From positions 51,189 through 115,188 of the forward strand of contig DIDI01000037.1 in NCBI GenBank assembly GCA_002418055.1: a stretch of 64,000 nt of DNA, in the 5' to 3' direction. Position 1 is the first letter of the stretch. Each line of letters opens with the position of its first letter. The notes under the pieces are model-generated. The model was given only the letters and a program-made list of their open reading frames with translations, was not told the DNA's origin and searched no databases. The DNA is from Lactobacillus sp. UBA5804 (GTDB lineage: Bacteria; Bacillota; Bacilli; Lactobacillales; Lactobacillaceae). Shown here piece by piece: positions 1-10,438 of this stretch. The position numbers and the translations under genes are program-made.

Positions 1-1377
1 CACGACTAGGTAGGGGTTTGGTCCCCAGATACTGTCCACGTAATGATTGGCCAAATAGGCATGGTTCGTGACTAAAATATCTGCTTGTTCTTGGCGCATT
101 CGCGCTAAATTCCAAAAGTCAACCTTGGCAAAGGTGCTACTAACTCGCGCATCCCCAGGATGCGCAATCTTAGTAAACAAAGGTGCCGCATAGTTGGTTA
201 ATTCAAGTTCATCTAGATCGCCGGTTTTAGTCATCGTTAACCAGACTAAAATTTGCATTTGCAGGACGATATTTGGAATATTCGTCGATCCCTGGTAAAC
301 CGTCTGCATGAAACCGTCAAGATCAATATAGTGATTGCTTGATTTAACCACTTCCGCCGTTAAATCGAGCCCGGTTACTTTGAGTAGTTGTGGAATCTCG
401 TGCTGCAAAATTTGATCTTGCAAGACCTTGGTCGGGGTTGCAATGACTAACTTACGACCAGAGTCGAGCTGATAAGCGTAACTAAATAGATAAGAGAAGG
501 TCTTCCCTGTCCCATTAGGGGCTTCGAACAGCAAAGCCCGCTGCGTCGGGTTTCTGATAAAGGCATGGAGCTGATTAATCAAATTCACTTGTTCTCGGCG
601 ATAATTCAGTGGTGGCTTGAAAAGTCGCCGCTTTTCCTGATCTTGTTCAGGAAAGGACTGACGTTTACCATGTCTTGTCAGAGTGTGTTGCTGACGCTGC
701 AAGATTAAACTACGCACCTGCATACAATCTGATTGTAAGGGCCGCCGCGTTTGCCGCGAAGCTGTTGCAATGACAGTGAAAATCCACGAGGTATCGCGAA
801 CTAGCCCATGTGCTAACGAACTCAGCGTATTTAAGGTTGCTTGCGGTAACTGGGCCAAACGGTGAATGATTTTGATCAGTAAGATAGCCGTGCCGTAAGC
901 ATCAGAATCAGCCTGATGGGGTGCTAAATGTTTAATTTGTAATTGCTGCGTTAAATCACTTAACCGGTAAGACGGTAGCGTTGGAAACGCGACTTTGGCG
1001 AGTTCTACAGTATCAATGGCCCGGCCAGTAAAGGGGTCAAAGCCGTGCTCAACTAGTTCCTCATTTAAAAAGGGTAAATCAAAGTTAACGTTATGGGCCA
1101 CAAAAGTCGTCCCAGCTAGAATATCCAGAATTTGCGCGCCATAATGTGAAAAATCTGGCGCAGTTGCCACATCAGCATCATGAATCCCAGTTAAGTTCTG
1201 AACGTTAATTGGGATTGACTGATGAGGATTAATCATGAGTGAGTATGTTTTAACGACCTTTAAGTTTTTGATAATGGCACAACCAAACTGAATAATATGG
1301 TTGTTACGTTGCTTTTGAGTACCTGTCGTCTCAAGGTCAACCACTGCAAAAGTTTCATCTTGCAATTGTTTGATCAT
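1..1377 (-). CDS. dinG: DinG-family helicase with N-terminal DEDDh 3'-5' exonuclease domain (partial; runs off window start)
   Basis: Not in ORF track; read by hand. GAGGAGG RBS, then ATG at 1377: MIKQLQDETFAVVDLETTG...AHN...HQADSDA (exonuclease motifs), then Walker A EAPNGTGKT. Lies directly downstream of addA. Confidence 0.88.
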   Translation of the reverse strand, partial: MIKQLQDETFAVVDLETTGTQKQRNNHIIQFGCAIIKNLKVVKTYSLMINPHQSIPINVQNLTGIHDADVATAPDFSHYGAQILDILAGTTFVAHNVNFDLPFLNEELVEHGFDPFTGRAIDTVELAKVAFPTLPSYRLSDLTQQLQIKHLAPHQADSDAYGTAILLIKIIHRLAQLPQATLNTLSSLAHGLVRDTSWIFTVIATASRQTRRPLQSDCMQVRSLILQRQQHTLTRHGKRQSFPEQDQEKRRLFKPPLNYRREQVNLINQLHAFIRNPTQRALLFEAPNGTGKTFSYLFSYAYQLDSGRKLVIATPTKVLQDQILQHEIPQLLKVTGLDLTAEVVKSSNHYIDLDGFMQTVYQGSTNIPNIVLQMQILVWLTMTKTGDLDELELTNYAAPLFTKIAHPGDARVSSTFAKVDFWNLARMRQEQADILVTNHAYLANHYVDSIWGPNPYLVV

Positions 1378-1397
1378 GAACATCCTCCTCCCTTTCC

Positions 1398-4300
1398 TTA
1401 GTCAAGCTTAATGATTTGCTGACAATCTAACAAGATTAGGTATTTAGCGATAACTGGGTTGTCAGAAAAAGCATTTAAAGCTTGTTCATATAAGCGCAAT
1501 TGTCCTTGATACTTTTGTTTAATGGCACTAATGGCAAGTTCTAAATGAGACTGATCAATATGGTCAGTCTTATAGTCAAACAAAATGATACCATTTTTTC
1601 CTAGATAATAACCATCAATTGTGCCGTGAACGAGGATTTTTGCCAGCGGATCACTAAACTTGCCAAAAAGCTGCTTAGCTGGCACTAGGCTCGAAAAATC
1701 GACCTCTCGCTTTAACCGATCGGAATGCGTCCAAAATGGTTTAGCGAAATCACTATGAACAAACCACTCAATGTCAGCTAGTTTTAGTTCTGAAGCCAGA
1801 TCAGGATCTAAGGCCCCGTTAGCAATCAAAGTTTTTATTTCCGCAGCCAACTGTGCCGGACTGCCATCGCCATGATAATCATAATATTGCAGTAACAAGT
1901 GACTGGCGGTGCCAAGTTCGGCCCCAGTAAAGTGCGTTTGAAATAGAAAATTAGGTTTCGTGTCAATTGGCTGCAAGTAGCGGTTGGTTGAAGCAATAGT
2001 GTGAGCATTGGCAAGTTCCACCTCTAATGGATCGTTGAAAGCCTTCTTAATTTCTGAAACAGATTGATAAGCAGTCGTTCGACTGGCATCGGCAAAGGGA
2101 TAGGTAAAGTCAAAGAGTCGCTTGGCTGTCTTAGTCAATAATTGATAATCCTGTCCCGCTACTGGCGGCTTGGGGGGTGATACAGGCGTCTTAGCTGCTT
2201 CACCAGCACTTTCGACATAAATAAACGATTGGCTTGCCTCTAAGGCTGGTGTTAACGCACTCATGGGCTGCGGCAATTGACTATCAAAGTGTAGGGCCGG
2301 CCCTACAAATCCCAGCGGGCTACTCATGTGTAATTTGGCAAATTCTGACAGGCCCGTTTCGGCTTGTTGTTGCCACTGGGCCACCTTTTTATCAAAGCTC
2401 GTAATATTGGCAACCATGATTAACTTTTGTTGGGCCCGCGTTAATGCGACATACAAAATGCGGACTTCTTCTTCTAATAGTTGCCGGCGTTTCATCACAT
2501 TGCCCATGGCTTTTACGAGGGAGTCAACTCGGTAATGTGGCTGTAGCACGGTAATTCCCAAGCTAGTAGGCGTGATAACGTAATTAGCAGTTAAATCACG
2601 AATTTGATAACGGTGGTCTAACCCGACATAAAAGACAATCGGAAATTCGAGTCCTTTTGAGCCATGGATGGTCATGAGTTTAACCGCATCCCCTACATCT
2701 TGGGTTAAGAGTGGCTGTGCTAAATCCTTTTTGCTGGCCCGAATGCGATTAATGAATTCAATAAATTGATATAAGCCCTTAAAACCAGCACTTTCATAGG
2801 AAGCTGCTCGTTCGTAGAGTGATTCTAGGTTAACCCGGCGCTGCTTGCCATTAGGCAAAATCGTCATCATTTCCAATAAGTGTGTGCGAGTATAGATACT
2901 CCAGATTAGTTCTGAGAGCCGATGCTGACTTGCATATTGTCGAAAGTCGCCAAGTTGATTTAAAAAGTGCTTTAGCTTTTGACTAAGTGCGTCATGCATC
3001 ACTCCATAGGCAGCGACTGCATTATAAAAACTTATTTTCCGGTGTTTGATGCGAATAGTCGCAAGTTCTGGTTCCGTGAAGTTGAAGATTGGTGAACGCA
3101 TGACACTCACTAACGGGATATCTTGATCAGGATTATCAATCAGCTTGAGGTAGTTCATGATAATTGTGAGTTCAAAGGTTTGAAAGTAAGTTTCGGCATC
3201 AGTAATCAGTAGCGGAATATGTTTTTGGGCAAAGGCTTGCATAATTGCTAGATTATCGGTCCGGCTGCGGGTCAAAATAGCAATGTCCTGATAAGCCAAA
3301 GCTCTTAATTGATGGGTTTCGGGATCAAGTACTTGAAAGTGTTCGCGCTGCATTTGCTGAATCCGGGCAAGCACCATCTCAATCTCGTGTTGGTCGATGT
3401 CATCCGTTTGGGTTAAATCTGTAGCTGAATTGGCTTCAATGGGGTGATACAGCAGTTCACTAGCAGTTGGCAGCTTGGCTGGGTAATAACTGGCCCCGAA
3501 TTTTAATTGCGCTTCGTGTTGGTAATCAATGCCACCAAAATTCGGTGTCAAAATCTGGTTGAATAACCGATTAACCATTTGTGTTACTGGTCGACTTGAC
3601 CGGAAATTATCAGACAGCAAAATGCGCCGCTTATTGGCATCAGTTTTAGCATAATCATGATATTTCTGTAAAAACAGGCTCGGTTCGGCTTGCCGAAAGC
3701 CATAAATGGATTGCTTAACATCCCCTACCATGAATAAATGGTTGTGGTTGGGCTTTTTGAGTAACTGGATGAGTTCTTCTTGTAACGGATTTATATCTTG
3801 GTATTCATCTACCAGGATTTCTTTAAACTTTTCTTGGTAAAATTGGCGCGCTAGTTGAGCATTCGAGGTGTCCTGACTCAAAATAGTATAGGCGAGCTGT
3901 TCCATATCACTATAATCAATTAAATTTTCAGCTCGTTTGAGCTGATTAAACGTGTTAATTAAACGCAATTCAGCTGCACTAATCGTCTGTACCAGTTTTT
4001 CACCCTGCCGCATCACCTCGGTTTGTTCAGTACTGGTCGCAGCATAAAAGGCACTGTAATTTTCAAATACCAAGTCTTTGATTGTCTTTTTAACAGCTTG
4101 ACATTGCTCATAAAAAGCTAGTGAAGTTGTGGTCCACTTGCTTGACTTACGAAAACTGCCCAGCTGACAAGCTTGCAATAAGGCGCGTTGCTCATCATAG
4201 CTCGCATTATCCTTTAGAGCTTGCAGATAGCTTCCTAGTACTTGGTTAAACTGTTCAAAGACAAGCTTAACTTTAGCAAGTTCAGATGACACAAAAGCGT

Positions 4301-5003
4301 CATCAGCTAATAATTGAACGAGTTGCTGCTGTAAATCTTCAAATGTGGTGTTTAAATAGGGCTTAATTTCCTGTTGCCATAAAGGCGCCGCTACTAGCCC
4401 CGCTGGCACTTCATAAGGTGTCGCTAAAGTCTGGAGCCATTTCTGATAATTGGGTTTAGCCATGGCAAAATCATATAAATCGAGTAATATTTGTCGCGGG
4501 GAATTTGCATCCCGGTCGCCAGCAAAATTGTTATAGAAGGCTAGAAAGTCCGGATCCTGATTTTTTAAGTAATAATCTTCCACCTGGGTGAGGGCTTTTT
4601 CTTTTAGCAGTGCAAATTGCGTGGAATCCGTTAAAATACTGAAACTCGGATCCAAGTTGGCCACATAATAAAACCGCCGGATGACATTTAAACAGAATGC
4701 ATCAATTGTTGAGATATTAGCGGTATCGATAAGCACGAGCTGTCGGCGCAAATGAGCTTTCATCGCTGCTGGTGCAGTCGTTAACAATTCGGTTAGCTTG
4801 GCCTTAATCCGTTGCTTCATTTGGGCAGCAGCGGCTTTAGTAAAAGTCACCACTAATAAATTGTCCACTTGCACTCCTGCCTCAATTTCAGCTAGTACGC
4901 GAGCGACTAATACGGTCGTTTTACCACTCCCAGCCGAGGCCGAGACTAAAATATCATGACCTCGATCGTCAACTATCTTTTGTTGTTCAGCCGTAAATTT
5001 CAT
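1398..5003 (-). CDS. addA: ATP-dependent helicase/nuclease subunit A (AddA/RexA)
   Basis: SASAGSGKT, LVDEYQD, VGDVKQSIYGFR, TIHGSKGLEF, YVALTRA; C-terminal GTIDG...DYKTD nuclease. Confidence 0.97.
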   Translation of the reverse strand: MKFTAEQQKIVDDRGHDILVSASAGSGKTTVLVARVLAEIEAGVQVDNLLVVTFTKAAAAQMKQRIKAKLTELLTTAPAAMKAHLRRQLVLIDTANISTIDAFCLNVIRRFYYVANLDPSFSILTDSTQFALLKEKALTQVEDYYLKNQDPDFLAFYNNFAGDRDANSPRQILLDLYDFAMAKPNYQKWLQTLATPYEVPAGLVAAPLWQQEIKPYLNTTFEDLQQQLVQLLADDAFVSSELAKVKLVFEQFNQVLGSYLQALKDNASYDEQRALLQACQLGSFRKSSKWTTTSLAFYEQCQAVKKTIKDLVFENYSAFYAATSTEQTEVMRQGEKLVQTISAAELRLINTFNQLKRAENLIDYSDMEQLAYTILSQDTSNAQLARQFYQEKFKEILVDEYQDINPLQEELIQLLKKPNHNHLFMVGDVKQSIYGFRQAEPSLFLQKYHDYAKTDANKRRILLSDNFRSSRPVTQMVNRLFNQILTPNFGGIDYQHEAQLKFGASYYPAKLPTASELLYHPIEANSATDLTQTDDIDQHEIEMVLARIQQMQREHFQVLDPETHQLRALAYQDIAILTRSRTDNLAIMQAFAQKHIPLLITDAETYFQTFELTIIMNYLKLIDNPDQDIPLVSVMRSPIFNFTEPELATIRIKHRKISFYNAVAAYGVMHDALSQKLKHFLNQLGDFRQYASQHRLSELIWSIYTRTHLLEMMTILPNGKQRRVNLESLYERAASYESAGFKGLYQFIEFINRIRASKKDLAQPLLTQDVGDAVKLMTIHGSKGLEFPIVFYVGLDHRYQIRDLTANYVITPTSLGITVLQPHYRVDSLVKAMGNVMKRRQLLEEEVRILYVALTRAQQKLIMVANITSFDKKVAQWQQQAETGLSEFAKLHMSSPLGFVGPALHFDSQLPQPMSALTPALEASQSFIYVESAGEAAKTPVSPPKPPVAGQDYQLLTKTAKRLFDFTYPFADASRTTAYQSVSEIKKAFNDPLEVELANAHTIASTNRYLQPIDTKPNFLFQTHFTGAELGTASHLLLQYYDYHGDGSPAQLAAEIKTLIANGALDPDLASELKLADIEWFVHSDFAKPFWTHSDRLKREVDFSSLVPAKQLFGKFSDPLAKILVHGTIDGYYLGKNGIILFDYKTDHIDQSHLELAISAIKQKYQGQLRLYEQALNAFSDNPVIAKYLILLDCQQIIKLD

Positions 5004-8000
5004 ACTTGCTTCCCTTCTAAGGCAGCTCTAATTTTGGTCATCAGCTCTGGTTTAGCAAGATTTTCAATCATGTGATAGCGATTGTTTGGCAGCATTGGAT
5101 CAAAAAAGAAAATATCTTTAAAATCTGAATAAGTCAGTGCTGAACTCGTCTTTCCGTATTGATAAGGATTAAGTTCAAGTTCACCACTTAAAATGGTCTT
5201 CCCTGCTTGGCTAATCAGATACTCACCATATTGTAATAAGTCTGCCAGCTCGGCATCGTTAAAATTCCGATTCTTAGGTAGGCTGAAATTACCATCACGC
5301 TTGGTCTTGATGCCACTGTATAGCCCTGAAGAACTGGCTGCCGTGCTCAGGCGCGATTCGGCGACTTTGAGACGTTTAGGATCATTATTAATCAAGCCGG
5401 TGTAAGTTAACCGCGGCTGACCATCGAATTGCGTAGGTTTTAAAGTTAAATCCGGCGTCAATAAGTCTTTCCCATTGAGCCTAGATAATTGGCGTGTGAC
5501 TGTTTGATAAAATGCGCCAAGTAATGCTAAAGGCTGTCCGCCAGCAAAGAATGCCTGGTTATGGGCTAAAACGTCCAAATAAGCGACCATTTGTAAGGAA
5601 ATACCACTATAAAATAAACCTAAATCGAATTTCTTGGCAGATGATTTGTAATCAATCACTTGCCCTAGGGTCACCAATTCTCCTGGCATTGTGGCAAGAT
5701 CAACACGGTCAATTTTTCCCCGAATCGCAATTGCAGTGTCTGGGGTTAGTTGGAAACTCAGGCCCTTGACGGCCTCTCCTGGACCAAAGCTAAGTTCTGA
5801 ATGTGCCGGGCGAAGCGGCGTTTGACTTAACGTTTGTTGCCAATATTTGGCAACTTTAATCGTCGTACGATCAAGACAGCTAAACAGATACTGGTTGAAT
5901 AACTCATGACCTAGTTGTTCATAAGCCCCTTCTAGCCGCATATCTTGATGGATTTGGGTTAAGGTTGTCAGTAATTGCGTCGTAGATAGTGTCGCTAAAT
6001 CCAGCTGTTTTGCTGCGAGGACTTTGACTAACTTATCAAACGTTTCATGGAAATAATTGCCCGCTTGAATCACATCAAATTGATTTTCAGCGCGATTACG
6101 TAACTTAAGACCATAAGTTAAGAAGTATTCATAAGAGTTTTCATAATAGGTTTCAAGTTGTGAAACAGATGAATTAAGGTGGGTGCCATACAAGGCTTTT
6201 GCTAGTTTAGCGCCAATTGCAACCGGATTATTATCAAAATGCGCAGCAGCCTGTAAAGCTACTGCTTCAGGTTTTAATGCTTGGGTTGCGAGTTGCAACA
6301 ATTCGCTAACCTGCGGCCCGGGCATGGTGGTATCAAGAAAGGCTAAATAACCCAGACTCGCCTGCCGATTGGTCAAAAATGATAGGATATCTTGCAACTG
6401 GGTTGGCAAATCATGCTGCTGGAAGACGTTAGCGCCCGCCGCTTGCAAGCGGTGATAGTAAAGCGAAGGCTCTAAGGGTTCATTAGCGGCGTTTAAGACT
6501 GGATACGAGAGATAAACTTTTTCGGTTGCTAGTGCGAGCACCGCACCAAATTGATAATCTTGATCCAGATTATGTAACTGTTGTTGGTCTTCTAAATAAT
6601 GTTCCGTTTCAAAAGTCTGCGACATGTTCGCAATATTTTCACTACTCAAGAAACCGGGAGTCTGCTCAATAGCTGGCAGATTACCGCTAGTGGCACCAAT
6701 AATGAAAACTTGGGCATAACCAGTTTGCTGTACCATGCCGATTTCGGAAATATTAACGGCATCTAATGTCGAAGGGATTTGAGAGAAAGAAGCAGCTCGA
6801 AAACCATTAATCAACAGTTGAAAAAAGTCAGTCACTGAGAATTCATCAGGATTAATCAATAAATAATCATGTAGGAGTTGAATGAGTAAATTCCATAATT
6901 GTTCTGGCTGTTGAGCTAATTGCAAGTCGCCCTGGTCACTGGCTTGTTCACGCCAGACTTCAAGTTTTTTGGCAACGCCATTTTTAACTAGGAAGTTAAA
7001 AAAGATAGTCAGCGCTTTCTGACTTTCCCTAGCCTTTTCCAGAGCTGGCAATAATTGATCCAAACTGGTCACGAAAAATTGCCGTAATTGTTCTAATTTA
7101 CTTAGGGCTTCATTCTCATAATCAAGTTGGATGACTTGTGTTTTTACGAAACTCGTCAACGGCCGGCGCCACAATTCATGATTAATACCATGAGCCAAGA
7201 CAAAGTTTTCCAATTCATCAACGTCATGCAAATAAGCAGCTGAATCATGATACCAATTTGGAATCAGCAATTGGGTTTTGAGAATTGCGAGTAAATGGGG
7301 CGTATTGAAGGGATGCGTCACAAGAGCAGCTAGGTGTTCAATCAGGATGACGAGTGGATGGTACTTCATCTCCTGCTGCAAGTCATTAAAATAAGGAATC
7401 GCCATCTGCCGCAAAATTGGTCCTAAATAAGTTTCATACTCATGCAAATTAGGAGCGATGACTAAAAAATCTTGGTAGCGGTAATGTCCTAAAGCGACTT
7501 GCTGATAAATGGTTTGCGCAACAAAATAGGCTTCAGCGTAGCGCGAGTCAGCCTTAACCAGTTGCACATTGCTAAGCGAAGGCAGACTGCTGATAACACC
7601 GGTCCATAGACTGTTCAATTTTTCAGCATTAGATTGTACGGCTTGAAGTGGGATAGCTTGATAACTACACTGCAGCTGCCGCGCTTTAACAAAGTGAATC
7701 AAGCGACTGATAGTTTGCTGAATGACATAATCATAGTCGCCAGCAGTAGCGGTTGGGTCAATCTCCCCCACACGCGTTTTAAAAGCTAGACTCAAATGAT
7801 TTGCCTTTAACATTAATAATTTAATGGTCAGGGTTTCTTGCAGACTAAAATGCGAAAAGCCAGTAAAGTAAAAGGCACATTTCGCAAGCTGCTTATTTTG
7901 AGCTAAGACACTATTAAGCTTGAGCTGAATCTCATTTTTAGTGGAAAAGCGTCCTTTAATCGCAGCTAAAAATGCATCATAAATGAGCTTTAAATCATGA

Positions 8001-8470
8001 ACCTTCGCTTGGGTCTCAGCGTCTAACTCACTTTGGACGACTTCTCCTAAATCAAGTTTCCCAGCATAAACTTGTAAAATCGTGTCATAAAGCTGTTTGA
8101 CTAATCCAGGGTTAATTTGCACATGTTGCAGTAATTGAAGTTGATCATGCTTGGCAGTGATGATTTTGCTTAATAGCATGGCAACAGCTGCGTCATCCAA
8201 GGTTTGGGGCAGCTTGGTTTCATCATCCTTTAAAAAGAACCAAGCCAGTCTTGAGAATGAGAGAATATGTAAGTTTTTCACTGAGGTGGCTTCACGCCCC
8301 TGTTTCATGGCAAGTTTGTTAATCGCTCGAACTTCTGTGGTAAACTTGATGTGGTTAGGAACAATGATAAAGGTTGCTTGATCGGGGTTATTTTGATAAT
8401 TTTCGATTGCAGCTGCCAAGATCTGCTCTTCCAGTGGATCAGTTTGTCGTCCTGTGAGTATATGAATCAT
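5000..8470 (-). CDS. addB: ATP-dependent nuclease subunit B (AddB/RexB)
   Basis: 1156 aa, overlaps addA start; SVSQLETY, RGKIDRVD, DYKSS nuclease motifs. Confidence 0.95.
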   Translation of the reverse strand: MIHILTGRQTDPLEEQILAAAIENYQNNPDQATFIIVPNHIKFTTEVRAINKLAMKQGREATSVKNLHILSFSRLAWFFLKDDETKLPQTLDDAAVAMLLSKIITAKHDQLQLLQHVQINPGLVKQLYDTILQVYAGKLDLGEVVQSELDAETQAKVHDLKLIYDAFLAAIKGRFSTKNEIQLKLNSVLAQNKQLAKCAFYFTGFSHFSLQETLTIKLLMLKANHLSLAFKTRVGEIDPTATAGDYDYVIQQTISRLIHFVKARQLQCSYQAIPLQAVQSNAEKLNSLWTGVISSLPSLSNVQLVKADSRYAEAYFVAQTIYQQVALGHYRYQDFLVIAPNLHEYETYLGPILRQMAIPYFNDLQQEMKYHPLVILIEHLAALVTHPFNTPHLLAILKTQLLIPNWYHDSAAYLHDVDELENFVLAHGINHELWRRPLTSFVKTQVIQLDYENEALSKLEQLRQFFVTSLDQLLPALEKARESQKALTIFFNFLVKNGVAKKLEVWREQASDQGDLQLAQQPEQLWNLLIQLLHDYLLINPDEFSVTDFFQLLINGFRAASFSQIPSTLDAVNISEIGMVQQTGYAQVFIIGATSGNLPAIEQTPGFLSSENIANMSQTFETEHYLEDQQQLHNLDQDYQFGAVLALATEKVYLSYPVLNAANEPLEPSLYYHRLQAAGANVFQQHDLPTQLQDILSFLTNRQASLGYLAFLDTTMPGPQVSELLQLATQALKPEAVALQAAAHFDNNPVAIGAKLAKALYGTHLNSSVSQLETYYENSYEYFLTYGLKLRNRAENQFDVIQAGNYFHETFDKLVKVLAAKQLDLATLSTTQLLTTLTQIHQDMRLEGAYEQLGHELFNQYLFSCLDRTTIKVAKYWQQTLSQTPLRPAHSELSFGPGEAVKGLSFQLTPDTAIAIRGKIDRVDLATMPGELVTLGQVIDYKSSAKKFDLGLFYSGISLQMVAYLDVLAHNQAFFAGGQPLALLGAFYQTVTRQLSRLNGKDLLTPDLTLKPTQFDGQPRLTYTGLINNDPKRLKVAESRLSTAASSSGLYSGIKTKRDGNFSLPKNRNFNDAELADLLQYGEYLISQAGKTILSGELELNPYQYGKTSSALTYSDFKDIFFFDPMLPNNRYHMIENLAKPELMTKIRAALEGKQV

Positions 8471-8536
8471 TTGCGCGCCTCCTAGCTAAATTTTAACACG
8501 CTAGGAAACGTCTGAAAAAGTAGAACGGTAAATTAC

Positions 8537-9448
8537 ATGCAAACATCTTATCGAGCACATGGGAAAGTAATTATTATCGGCGAACATGCCGTTGTTTATG
8601 GCTATAACGCTATCGCCATTCCCATTAAAGCGTTGCATATTACAACGACAATTACCCCTTCAGTGGCTGAAAATTGGCTTGCCACTGCCCGCTATCACGG
8701 GCCACTCGCTCAAGCCCCGAGTGAATATAACGGTTTAAAATACGTCATTACTACCTTGCTGGGCCGAGTTAATGCGCCCGCACCCATTAAAGTAACTTAT
8801 ACCGGTGAAATTCCCATCGAACGCGGGTTAGGCTCAAGTGCTACGGTAGCTTTAGGAACGACTAAGGCACTGAGCGCCTACTTGAAGTTAAAGCTCACTG
8901 AAGCTGACACCATGGCAATTACCAATCATGCTGAAATGATTAATCATGGTAAAGCTTCCGGATTAGACGCTGCGACCGTTCATGCCAATTTTCCGGTTTT
9001 TTTTAATCGCGCAGCAGGACCAGTCGAATTTAAAGCCAAATTAGGTGCTACGTTACTCATCATTGATACAGGCGAACTCGGTAATACGCGGGAAGCCGTT
9101 GCGCTCGTCAAAAAGCAATTAACAACTCATCCCCAAGCGCCAGAGCAATTGGCTCGATTGGGTCATCTAACTGATTTAACGAAAATTGCTTGGGAAGGTC
9201 ACGATGCTACTAAAGTAGGGCATTACTTTAATGAAGCTCAAGCGATTTTAGCCACATTTCACCTAAGCGCCCCACTCATTGATCAGCTGCAGCAAGTGGC
9301 TACTCGCTATCAACCATATGGTTTCAAACTATCTGGTGGTGGTTTAGGTGGGATTGTTCTCTGCCTATGCCAGAACCGCATGCAGGCTGAGCGAATTGCC
9401 ACGGCTGTTCACCCGTTAATTGCGCATCACTGGATTGAGGAAATTTAA
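8537..9448 (+). CDS. mvaK1: Mevalonate kinase
   Basis: GKVIIIGEHAVVYG, GHMP motif PIERGLGSSA, KLSGGGLGG. Confidence 0.95.
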   Translation: MQTSYRAHGKVIIIGEHAVVYGYNAIAIPIKALHITTTITPSVAENWLATARYHGPLAQAPSEYNGLKYVITTLLGRVNAPAPIKVTYTGEIPIERGLGSSATVALGTTKALSAYLKLKLTEADTMAITNHAEMINHGKASGLDAATVHANFPVFFNRAAGPVEFKAKLGATLLIIDTGELGNTREAVALVKKQLTTHPQAPEQLARLGHLTDLTKIAWEGHDATKVGHYFNEAQAILATFHLSAPLIDQLQQVATRYQPYGFKLSGGGLGGIVLCLCQNRMQAERIATAVHPLIAHHWIEEI

Positions 9449-9449
9449 G

Positions 9450-10424
9450 ATGATTAAAAAAATTGCCCGCGCTCACACCAATATTGCCTTAATTAAGTAT
9501 TGGGGTAAGGCAGATGCCAAGCAGCGTTTACCGCTAATGTCAAGCTTATCAATGACGCTAGATGCCTTTTATACCGATACTTATTTAGAAGCTGCAACTG
9601 AAAATACTTTTTACTTAAATGGCATCAAGCAAGCCAATCGTGCCAGCGAACGGGTTTTCGCTTTGCTAGCACTACTTAACGAGCGCTATGGTAAAAGTAC
9701 CCATTATCAAGTTCGTTCATATAATACTGTTCCGACTGCAGCTGGCTTAGCTTCCTCAAGCTCCGCATTTGCGGCGTTAGTGGGTGCTTTTGATCATTAT
9801 TATCAGCTAGAGCTCTCCCCGCGTACGCTCTCACGTTTAGCTCGGATGGGATCTGGCTCGGCGACGCGTTCAATCTTTGGGGGATTTGCGATTTGGCAAA
9901 AAGGGCATGATGATGCCAGTTCATACGCGTATCCATTGGATGAGCAACCGGAATTAGATTTACACCTGCTCGCAATTGAACTAAATACTGCTCCTAAAGC
10001 AATTTCCTCAACTGCCGGGATGGCATTAGCACAATCTTCCCCACTCTTCGCTGGTTGGCTAACACGTAATGAGCTTGAATTAACTGAGATGACACAAGCT
10101 ATTGCCAGCAAGGACTTTACGCAGCTTGGTCAACTAGCAGAATTAAACGCGAATGAAATGCACGCGATGAACTTAACAGCTCAGCCAGGATTCACCTATT
10201 TCGAGCCTGCTACTATTACTCTGATGCAGCTTGTCCGGCAATGGCGAATTGAAGGCATTGAGGTTTACTACACATTAGATGCCGGACCAAATATCAAATT
10301 ATTGTGTCAATTAAAGAATGTTAAAATTATAACTGAAAGGCTTGCGAGTGTTTTTGACAATGTTAAGATAATAAATACAAGTTTTGGTCCCGGTTTATCC
10401 TACCGGAACGTGTCATGTAGATAA
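9450..10424 (+). CDS. mvaD: Diphosphomevalonate decarboxylase
   Basis: NIALIKYWGK, PTAAGLASSSS, GSGSATRS, TLDAGPN; start moved to ATG 9450 behind GAGG. Confidence 0.95.
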   Translation: MIKKIARAHTNIALIKYWGKADAKQRLPLMSSLSMTLDAFYTDTYLEAATENTFYLNGIKQANRASERVFALLALLNERYGKSTHYQVRSYNTVPTAAGLASSSSAFAALVGAFDHYYQLELSPRTLSRLARMGSGSATRSIFGGFAIWQKGHDDASSYAYPLDEQPELDLHLLAIELNTAPKAISSTAGMALAQSSPLFAGWLTRNELELTEMTQAIASKDFTQLGQLAELNANEMHAMNLTAQPGFTYFEPATITLMQLVRQWRIEGIEVYYTLDAGPNIKLLCQLKNVKIITERLASVFDNVKIINTSFGPGLSYRNVSCR

Positions 10425-10438
10425 GGGGAATATGCTAG

